Source: the human T2T-CHM13v2.0 reference genome, Homo sapiens
Reading direction: 5' to 3' (one strand)
DNA length: 64,000 nucleotides
Assembly: GCF_009914755.1 (NCBI RefSeq)
Contig: NC_060925.1
Position numbers and translations under genes: made by a program. Numbering within the stretch: the first letter of the stretch is position 1; every line of letters begins with the position of its first letter. Of the stretch, positions 53,830 through 64,000 are shown piece by piece. The notes beneath the pieces were generated by a model. It saw nothing but the letters and a program-made list of their open reading frames with translations. It was not told the origin of the DNA and searched no databases.

Positions 53830-56150
53830 CATTTATCTCTTATAAACCAATGATCAAAACCTGTACATCCAACTCTCTGCCCATCCCATAAGAAATACCT
53901 GGTTGTGGCTGGAGAAAGAGCTACAATATACTGGCTGGTCTCACCTGGCATGTTCTTGACATTCAGGATAGGCGGAGTGACCCAGCAATCATATGGACAC
54001 CATCCATTCCAGTGACACTCAAACTTCAGCGTGCATCAGAATCCCTGCAAGGCTTGCTAAGACACAGACTGCTGCGCCTACCTCAGAGTTCCTGATTCAT
54101 CAAGCTTGAAGTAAGGCCTGAGATTTTTGCATTACTAACAAGTCTTCAGGTGATACCAATGCTGCTGATCTGGAGACTGCCTTTGAGAGCCACTATTCTA
54201 TCTCTTTCCCAATCAACTGTCCTTTCTCACCTCCCTTTTAAATCTCCAGCACCTGCTCCCTCATGTTTACTCTCAATGCACAATCTTTTTTTCTCCTTCA
54301 CTGACAGAAGTGAAACAATTAAAAGAGAATTTCCCCAGTCTCTCACTACTGCACCTGCTCACCCTCCCACAAGCACGTGTACTCACTGTGCTTTTCTTGC
54401 TGTTTTGAAAGGTGAATTGTCTGTGGTCTTTCTAGAGCCAATCTCTTCACATGTGCACCAGATTCCAAGACCTGCGGCCCACTCAAGGGCATCCTGCATG
54501 TCTTCTCCCATCTCTTACCTTGTCAACTCTTTCCACTTTTTGAGTCATCCTCCTCAGCACAAAAGATTGTTACTCACTTATCTTAAAAAGTAAAAGACTA
54601 AACCAACAAAAACAAGAAAAAACAGAAATAAAACCTTTTACTGGACCCTCTCTCCCTACCAGGTATGACTCCATTTCTCTTTGCCTTTGCAGAAAAACAT
54701 TTAGAAAGGGGGTCTGTATTAATTCTATCCAGTTCCTCTCCTCTCATTCTCTCACAGACCCACTGAAATCAGGTCTTAACTCTCAACAAAATTGCTCTTA
54801 CTGAGGTCTCAGATAAACTTCAGGTTGCTAAATCTCATGGCCCACATTTGGTCCTCTCACATTTTACCCCCCTTGACAGAGATGGCACCACTCCTTGATA
54901 CTTCTATTTTTTTGGCTTGTAAGGCTTCCTAATTCACTGGTTGCTAGTCTCAGAACTTTGCGAATGACTTATCTTTTCTTATACCTCTTAGTCCTGGACT
55001 GACTTGCCCCAGATTGTAGCTTCTTTTTTTATCCACTCTCCTTCCTTTGGGGATCTCATCCAGTCTCCCTCTGTATGCCCTTTGTTGCCAAATTTACATC
55101 TCCAGCCCTGAATGCTCCTTTGCCTCAGACTCCAAAACTATATTCAAAGTCTCTCATTTAGATCATTCAAACTTTTCAAGAGTGACTCCTGATCTTCTCC
55201 CAAATATCTGAGCTGCTCAAAGCTTTCCATCTCAGTAGATGAAAAATTCACCCCTCTAGTGCTTAGGTCAAAAATCTTTGAGTCACCCTTGTTTCCTCTC
55301 TTTATTACTCCCACTGTACATCCGATTCACCAGGAAGTCTTCCTGTGTTTACCCTAAACATAATTCAGAGACCAATTACTCCTCACCACCTCCATGGCTA
55401 TCACTTTCATCAGACTTGCTAGATTTTAGCAATCGTCTTATAACTGTTTTCCCATTCCCACCCTTGCCTCCTTCCATTCTATTGCCCACAAAGAAGTATA
55501 AGTGATCCTTTTGAAACATAAGTCAGATCATGGCATTTCTTTCCCAAAAAGAAATGCAAGTGTCTAAATTCTTCGCCTACCTCAGAGTAAAAGTCCAAGT
55601 TCTTATATGGCCTTTAAAGACCTCTGTGTACTCTCCTCCTCCCTCCGTTAGCTCTCTGATCTTCCCTTCTTCTTTTCTTCCTCATCCTACTCTGCTCCAG
55701 CCACGCAGTCTTTCTGGCTATTTCTTGAACATAGTAAACATGATCCCTCCTCTGAGCTTTGAGTTGTTTCCTTTGCCTGGGAAATTCCATCTGGAGACTT
55801 CCGGGCTTGCTCACCTATATAGGCAAGTCTGTACATGAGACCTGCTCTGACCACTCAATTTAAAATGGCAGCAAAATCCTTCCTGGCACCCCACCTTTAA
55901 AATGGCAACAAAAGCCTTCCTGGCACCTTTCCTTTCTAGCTTTGGACCTATTACATAATCTATGTATCTTTTGTGTTATCATCTGCCTTCCCCGCTAGTA
56001 TGTAAACTCCACAAAGGTTGAGATTTTTGTTTGGTTCACTGATGTATCCCAAGAACATAATTCAGTATCTAACTTGCAGTGGAAACTCACCAAGTATTTA
56101 TCAAATTATTTGATAAATGAATGTGATGATAAATGAATGTGACTGTAAAA
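53830..56150 (+). mobile_element. Long L2 remnant (ORF2 and 3' end)
   Basis: Pyrimidine-rich L2 ORF2 motifs (ggggatctcatccagtc, catctccagccctga, agtcagatcatg); terminal ataaatgaatg. Confidence 0.8.
54010..54195. mobile_element. MER5A (hAT-Charlie MITE) inside the L2
   Basis: cagtgacactcaaacttcagcgtgcatcagaatc...ctttgagagccact. Confidence 0.85.
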
Positions 56151-56231
56151 TGATACTTTATAGTCACTGGAGAAATCAGTCTCTGACATCCCCAGGAACA
56201 AAATCAACATTCTTTGGAATAGTCATTGATA

Positions 56232-56680
56232 AAGGGTTCATAACTTTTTGTGCCATGGACTTCTTTGGCAGTCTGTCGAAGCCTATGAACCCCTTCACAG
56301 ATTAGTATTTTTAAATGTACAAAATAAAATCGATAAACTACAAATGTAGTAAATTATTTTATCAGAACATTTTTAAAATTATAAAACAAATTTGTAGCTA
56401 ATAGTAATACACATACTTTGTTATCCATTAATTGACAACATCTGGTAGTGGTTCTAATAACGACCATAATTTTGAAGTACTGATGTCTATGAATGATATT
56501 TCAAGATGTCTGTAATAACTCTAATGTGATACGAATGTATCTGTAATTTCCATTGTGAACAAAGTCACTGGTACTGCTAATAGCACCATGGTTTCTTGCC
56601 TATATTCATAAATGAAGGAAATGTTAAATTTTAGCTAGTTAAAAAAAAAAAATGAAAATGAGGTTGTATTTTCTACAGAT
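56232..56680 (+). mobile_element. Charlie4a-like hAT element
   Basis: tttttgtgccatggacttctttggcagtctg..gaagcctatg, acaaagtcactggtactgctaata, tgaaggaaatgttaaattt. Confidence 0.8.
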
Positions 56681-57010
56681 ACTTAAATGAATGCTTTGGA
56701 AACACTTGTAAGGAGTAGAAATAAAAGCAGAAAGACTTTCCCCTTTCTTACTCCCCCAAAAGGTGCTACTGAATTGTTGCAGATAAGGAAATTGTAAGAT
56801 AATTGAAAAAAATGATAAAAATCTGGAAGAATTCTGTACCAAGACTGTTTTTGCTTTTGCAAGTGTCTAAATTCTTGTTCTACTTTAATAGAATCAAATC
56901 TGGAAATTATCAGAGTGATGATGTACGTGGTTCATATAAAGCAGACAATGTGGAACTCCAAGTATCTGAACAATCAGATCAAAATACCCAGACTACATAT
57001 CAAGAAAGCA

Positions 57011-57335
57011 GGCTGAGTGTGATGGTTCATGCCTGTTATCCCAGCACTTTGGGAGGCTGAGGCAGGAGGATTGCTTAGGAACTCAAGACCGGCCCAGGCA
57101 ACACAGCAAGACCCGTCTCTACAATAAGAAATAAAAGAAAAAAGAAAGAAAAGAAAAGAACAGAAAAAGAAAGAGCTGGGCATGGTGTCACTTGCCTGTA
57201 ATCCTAGCTACTAGGGAGGCTGAGGCAGGAGGATCCCTTTACCCCAGGAGTTTGAGGTTGTTGTGAGCTATGATTGTGCCAGTACACTTCAATCCAGGCA
57301 ACAGAGCGAGACCCTATCTCTTAAAAAAAGAAAAT
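57011..57335 (+). mobile_element. AluJ with an expanded A-rich middle linker
   Basis: J-type ggaggattgctt, cccaggagtttgagg, gagctatgatt; TSD agaaagca at 57003-57010 and 57336-57343. Confidence 0.92.
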
Positions 57336-57780
57336 AGAAAGCAGTGCCTCCATGTGCTTCAATGTGCATTTATGTATTTAAGATAAAATAAAATTTTTAT
57401 GATGTATATTTATAATTTCCTATAATTTTTCACTCACAGTTTTGTGGTTTTCTCTTTCTTTTCTTTTCTTTCCCTTTCTTTTCCTTCCCTTTATTTTTCT
57501 TCTTCCTTTTTTTTAATTCACCAACTACCCACCTTCCCTAATTCGTAGGTTAGAAGGATTTCTCTACAGTTCTTTCTCTTTTTTCCAATCTCTTCTGGAT
57601 GTTTCTTCGTCTCAAACTACACAGACATTGTGGAAATCAGTATCTTCATTTCAAGTCTAGGTGGGTCAAATTTGATTCTCTTGTATTTTCACTCTTAAAA
57701 TAGCATCTTGAACTTTCATCTGTGATCCATCTATAAGGATCAAATGTAAGGACTTCAAGAGGGCATCTGCCCAATAATTT

Positions 57781-58040
57781 CTGTATACCCAGTACAGCAA
57801 ACAGGGTGGTATTGTTGATGTGTACTCAGTGCATACAATAGTATAGTAGTGTTGTATATGCTTTGCAGAGAGTAGCGTTATTGTTGTATCAGCACATAGG
57901 ACAGGACAGTTTTATTGCAACATAACCAAAACATAGGTTAAATGTTAACGTTGTTGTATACCCAGTGCATAGAACAACATAAAATTGTTGTTATATGTTC
58001 AATGCAAACCACAGAGTAGAATGCTCAATTTTTGTTGAAT
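57781..58040 (+). repeat. Degenerate tandem repeat (about 7 units of 32-37 bp) within an L2 3' end
   Basis: Recurring ttgtatacccagtgcatag...ttgttg. Confidence 0.6.
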
Positions 58041-58129
58041 GACATAAATGAATTAAATGGACACAGCATCACCTACATGCCTCACCTACAAAGGCCTAAC
58101 TTGTAATGGGATTACTATTGTTGTTTTAA

Positions 58130-58287
58130 TAAATTAAGCAATGAATGTAGTTTCAAAAAGTACTTAGCTTTATTTTTCAACACAGTAAATATGAATATAA
58201 CCCATATCAGTAAAAGTTGTTTGGGGTCTTCAATGACATCTTAAGACTATAAAGAGGTCCTGACACCAAAAGGGGGAGAAGCACCGC
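58130..58287 (+). mobile_element. Charlie1-like hAT 3' terminus
   Basis: tataacccatat..aaaagttgtttggggtcttcaat...gaggtcctgacaccaaaa. Confidence 0.65.
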
Positions 58288-58453
58288 AATCTTGCATGCT
58301 CCTGGTTCCTGAGAGGTCCATATTGCAGTCTGCCATACTGTTGTATTTCCAGTACTTACATGGTGTTTTGGCAAAACCTGAGCATGTGTTGTCAAGTGGC
58401 TGATGAGGATGTGATTCTGAGAAAGGCACCACGAGATAAAAGATATGAATCTC

Positions 58454-58781
<328 letters not shown>

Positions 58782-58801
58782 TTAGATTTTTATCCTCGTA
58801 G

Positions 58802-59006
58802 AAGAAACAGCAACGCAGAGAATAGACAAATCTACCAAGGTCTCAATTCCTACAAGTTCCCCCAGCTGCTGAGTGTGAAGCCCCACGAGGTTCTTTGAAA
58901 AGTGTTCCTTTGCCAGTCTAAACTGTTCTGGGACTTCATTATAGCAACGCCTGCTCACCACAGGCAAGGAACCAGCAATCTGATGAAGGATTTATGGAAA
59001 ATGTGG
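58802..59006 (+). pseudogene. Candidate fossil exon (205 bp = 204+1, phase 1-1)
   Basis: Acceptor ttttatcctcgtag, donor g|gtaaat; removing one C from the C5 run leaves 1 stop. Confidence 0.3.
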
Positions 59007-60729
59007 GTAAATCAGAGTTTTTGTTCCCATGTGAATGATTCCCCCAGCAGGCTTGAGCTTTAGAAGCTCTATAAATACTTACTAAGTAATTAATTGATTG
59101 ACTAAAGAAATAAATGAAAAAAATAACAATAATTATAAATCGAGGAAATGTAAAATATGTATTATTGTGACAATGGATGAAAATATCCCAAAAGAGATCA
59201 TTTGGTTGTGAGTTAGGTTTTAAAGTATACGCAATATTAGAAATGAATAATTGAAGATAGTTTCAATAATTTTGAAAACTACTGCCCAATGGTAAAAGAT
59301 ATAAAAGATTATGTAATTTACAAGGCAGATGTCCTATATCTCTTGAATTATTTTAGACTGGGACACAAAAAGCCCAGGCAGTCAAGATGATATTAAATGA
59401 TTCAAAAATAGCATTATTTCAATTAAACAAATAAATGCCCACAAGACCTATACAACAAGCTGAAAAAGTTAGGTGCTTATCACATCAGGATTCTATACTA
59501 CCTTCCTTTAGGAAAAAAATATTATTGAAATACTAAATTGTATTGAAACATTGTTTTTAAAAGAATTAGGCAATGCATGGAACATACTTTTGAGTCTTTT
59601 TCCCTGAGTTTCAAAACACAATTCAGTTATTGTTTCCTTTCCAAGAAGTCAAACAAATATTGTTATTTACAAACTAGGCAAATAGCATCAAGAGAAGAAA
59701 ATATATTTCTTTTTACTTTTTCTGCCACTGAAGATCTACTAACACTAGCAGAGAAGACCATTAATACATACTAAGACCACATTCAATGCCCCATGATTTT
59801 TATTATTCTACATCAACTTAAACAGGGGAATTCTAATTCTTTTGACTATGCACTTCCTCTTTTTACATTTTCTTTTTTTTTTAATTAATGTTAAAACTTT
59901 CAGGGCTACAATATTGCAATCTATTCTTTCAAAGCACTATTTGCCTATTAAAAGAAATTCCACCAAGTTCAGACATTACCTTAGCAATACAGTAGGATAT
60001 TTCTCTACTAATAAAAAAATCAACTCCTGCAGTTTTAACCAACACCTATGTGTAAATAGTCTTCTTATTTATATCACATTTACAACATTTCCGCTACTCA
60101 GTTAAGGTGCATAAGAGCAGAAACTGTGACTTCTCAGCACTAGGACCTAGCAGATAGTCATTGCCCGGTTCAAAATAAGTTCAACAACTGTTAAATGACA
60201 AGTTTAGATGGTGCCATCTGAATCCTCCATAAGCACTGCAAATTCAGCATTTCATTCTCCCATTCTTACTTATCTGTGTTGATTGCTTCACCACCTACCC
60301 ATTTGTTAAGGTCAAAAATGTTGGCTTCATCAATGGCTGTACACTCTCCTCCCTTTGAAATTCTTACCCTATTATTTGCCTAGTCCTACAGATTCTCTGC
60401 AAATTCTCTATTACTACACAAATTTAGCTTTCATTATTACTCATCAAAATATTACTTTTGTCTCTTTCATTGTCACCAATAGAATGCCTTCTCTACCTTC
60501 TCCAACCTATTTCATTATAAAGCTAGTTGTGCTTGCTTTCTAAAAAGTGGATATGCTTTTGCTTTCCTCCCAGTTTCCCCTCTGTTTAGATTTTTAATGG
60601 CTCCCGATTTTCTGTATTATCTAAATGCTCAGCATGTCCTACTGGACTTCACTACTACCTTTAAATAACAGCTCCCGACCAGCTCTTGCCTAGACTCTCC
60701 TTGTGCCTTATATGACCAACAAATGTCTC

Positions 60730-61160
60730 TGTCTTAAGTTGGTTTCCCCAGAAGCAGATTCTGAGACAAAGATTTGAGTACCGGTGCTATATTATTTGGG
60801 AAATGATCCCGGGAAACAACAAATGTCTGGAGAGAGATAAAGAGAAGGAAAGAGAACCAATAATTTGTGCCTTGTCAAGCAGGTGTTAGAGGTAGGGCAA
60901 CTGAGTTCAATCTCATTGGGGAGTCCTAAAAGATAATGAGGAACACTCTTCCTTATTATCCAACCCCAACCCCTCCTGCCTCCAAGGGCAAGGAAGGTAG
61001 AGTGTGTATTCTCCAATCCATTTGTCACTGGCCAAGAACTGCTACTGCATACATTCATCACTTACCATTTCCAGCCTGCCCAATAAACAGGAAGTCTCAG
61101 GTAGAGAGTTACAGGTGATTCTAGCAGAATGCCAGAATGACATGGGTAGGCATTGATGCA
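60730..61160 (-). mobile_element. ERVL LTR16-like LTR
   Basis: tgtcttaagttggtttccccagaagcagattctgagacaaagatttgagt...tatttgggaaatgatccc. Confidence 0.75.
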
Positions 61161-61698
61161 GGACTGATTTTATGCACATACCACACAGCCTCACGTATAC
61201 ACTATTGTTGTGCATAAACTGTTACTTGTGTAGGAACTCTCATTGTTGCTGTTCCAGTGAAATTCTACTCAATCTTTAATCCCAATGTCAAAAGTCACTC
61301 TGATTCCATTTCTGAGGAAGAATTAATGATTCCTCCTGTACTTCCATAATACTTCCTTGGAGATTAAGATTTCAACTTGTACTCATGGTTCCACCTTTGT
61401 ATCACTATGCAATGCAGTAATCTCCATTTAACAAATCAGGAAACAGTCAGAAAGATCATGCCAGAAATTACATGATTCCTAAAAGTTGGAGTGTGGAACT
61501 CCAACCTAGCCCTCTAAAAAATCTACTTTGCCCAATAAATCAGATATCCTCAACCTGAACTGACTATGTATCTGCTATATTAAATAATTAAAGACCAACT
61601 GGCCTAAATAAATGCCCTGCTATTCAGAGAACCAGCACTGCAATGTGGGACAAATCTACCTGCCTTATAAGCAAGAAGTCCAGTTTCTCCTTCTTCAG

Positions 61699-61802
61699 GC
61701 TCTTCACTCCTCTGGACTGTTCATAATCATGAGTGTTTCATAAACCAAAACAAGAACCTTACAAACTTCCACACTCAAGCCTGCAAAGACCCAGTATCTC
61801 AA
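61699..61802 (+). pseudogene. Candidate exon (104 bp, stop-free from phase 1)
   Basis: Acceptor gtttctccttcttcag, donor caa|gtaagc; reads SSLLWTVHNHECFINQNKNLTNFHTQACKDPVSQ. Confidence 0.35.
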
Positions 61803-62148
61803 GTAAGCACTTCCATTGGGTCTTGTTGCAGCATGGTGGACAATGGAATGTGGCCCCACAGTCTATTAGTCAATATTGGTCTCCTGCTATGGTCATCTCA
61901 CTGCTCTAGATGCTTTCCAGCTGTTCTTCAAGGAAGCACACTGAAGCAGTAAGTGCTTAGTCCTTTCAGTCTCCTACACAGTCAACTCAGGGTGTTCTTA
62001 GTTCCAGGCAGCAGGACAGAATGGTTCAAGCACCTGTCACTTCGTATGAGTAGTGCTCTTTTTCCTTCCCTTCTTTTGCTTCTTATCCCCATCTCTTGAG
62101 CCATCATGTCAATATCACACTGGTTGTTCTTTTTAACTCTATTTACAG

Positions 62149-62174
62149 GTATGAATCTCAGCCCACAAATTCAG
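62149..62174 (+). other. Candidate 26-nt micro-exon
   Basis: Acceptor ttctttttaactctatttacag, donor CAG|GTGAGC. Confidence 0.35.
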
Positions 62175-64000
62175 GTGAGCAAGAAATCTACAGTCTTTAC
62201 ATTATAAAACTTTATTTTTTGTTGTAAGAGCCGCCTTTCTCGCATGAGTAGTGGGAAACTTAAACTCAGTCCCATTCATGATTTTCTGTCCCTTAGTGGG
62301 TTCTCAGAGAGTGCCTTGGGATTAAGGAGTGGGATCTCTCTTATCCTTAAGCATCTGTCCACACACAGACAGCTACTGAGACACCCTCTGTCTTTCTCCA
62401 CACGGCCCCTCTGGCATGCTGGCTCACTCCTGCCAGGCACACTTGGGACATAAAACCTTTCTCTGAGTTTGTCCATGGAAACCACCTTCTCAAATACCCC
62501 ATACAGTCATTTCCTCTCAGGGGTTTTCCACCACTCAACCTTACTTCTGTTGACTGAGGCCTTGGTCTCTACCACACAGGGACTTTTACAAACTATCTTG
62601 CTTTCTCCTTGCAAGTGGGGACACATCTCTCTAGTCTTACAGGCTTTAGTCCAGCTCTCCCTACTGCTTCTGGCCAAGATACTCTGTCCAGCCTGCCAAT
62701 TCTCTCTTCTCTGTGGGGCTTTTAAAGGACAGATAAACTAACTAATAAAAAGCCAGAAATATTGGAATGCCATTTGTTCTTTCTGCTTTTTAACATCCCT
62801 TCCCTGAGTTGAATGAGAGGAAGAGAATCAGAGATTCAGGGAGAAAACAATTCTAGATTAATATTACAAATGATTTCTCCAGATATACCTAGAAACACAA
62901 AGAAATAATTATAGCCATTTCATCCCATTGGGGTTGTTAGCTCTGTCCTTCTTACTCTACTTAAGCTAATATCCTAAATCCTTGTGCACTAATATCCTCT
63001 TTATATCCCACTTCCTCTCCAAAATATATCCTCTTTCCCTGCTCCTATTCTTGTAGGAGTAATTCCAGAAGGCCCTGACCATCGCTCCCCTTTTAGGGAG
63101 GAATTGCTCCCTAAAAGTCCAAGGTGGTTTTCTGGCTACAAATGTATTCTCTAATGGGATAGTCTACATGAAACAACAGAAAACAAAATTAAATGTGTCA
63201 ATTGATGTAACTTGATAAACCTTAATATCAACATATTTGCTACCAAAGGATGTGGAAAAAGGGGCAGGTGGAGATTAACCAGTGATTAGGAAACAAAATT
63301 CTGAGTCAGAACCTGGTCTTCTGTTTCAAACTTTATCCCTTCATCATAAAATACATGCATGTTTCTAGATAAAGCAACCCTTTACTCTTTTCCAAAAGGG
63401 GAAAAATATCTCTGTGAGTGTCTATTCCTAAATTCTAACAAGTGTCATCTTAGAAAACAAACAAAAAAAATTAGAAAATTGCTGAACAATCCTGCTAGCT
63501 GCTATTCAGTTATGAAGATCATAGTCATTCTGTTCGTGAGATACTCTAGAGATGTTATTCAGAGGCTGCTTAGGAGAAAAAAAAGAAAAATGTAAACTGT
63601 TAGATCTCAGTTAAATAACTGAGTTTATTGCAATTTAAGCTAATAGTTATTCAGTATTCAGTCAACTATTTGGTGCAAACAAATAAATATTCTTCCACTT
63701 GTTAGTCCCTAGGGGCTTTCTTAATCCTATCTGAATTTACTTTCTGTGAATTTCTGAGTAATCAGAAGTTATAGGTTGGATACATCTTGTGCTAGGGACA
63801 CCCATGGTGTAACTGCTTCATTTTTTCTTTTCATTTCAAAGGAAATGGTCCATCCAAAGTGAAAATTGTTGTGTTTTTTTTTTTTTTTTTGGTGGTAGAG
63901 TATATTTTCCTCTTTGTTGGTGTTATTATTGTTGCTGTTGTTTTAATCAGATAGTTATTTCAAACAGAAGCAATCAAGTTCCTTTTTTCATTGCCATCTC

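Noticed and set aside
52868-54593. 120-aa and 147-aa ORFs
   Set aside because: They lie within THE1, MLT1, MER5A and L2 remnants
57781-58040. CRISPR-like periodicity
   Set aside because: Eukaryotic context, degenerate units with no constant repeat and unique spacers, and derived from L2

Overview
Primate (very likely human or other great ape) genomic DNA: AT-rich, CpG-poor, with no CpG island. Much of it is interspersed repeats: AluY/S/J and FLAM, young and old L1, L2, MIR, MaLR/ERV LTRs, hAT-Charlie and Tigger MITEs, and microsatellites. I recognise no intact protein-coding gene, tRNA or rRNA, and the supplied ORFs are repeat-derived or look like chance. The most interesting signal is a series of repeat-free + strand segments between about 23.9 kb and 63.9 kb. 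They are bounded by canonical or singly mutated splice sites, several join in compatible phase, and they carry few stop codons in the joined frame. This is what an anciently disabled multi-exon gene (unitary pseudogene, possibly now a lncRNA) would look like. I cannot name the gene, and this remains a hypothesis. Repeat subfamily names come from remembered consensus sequences, and boundaries of old elements are approximate.
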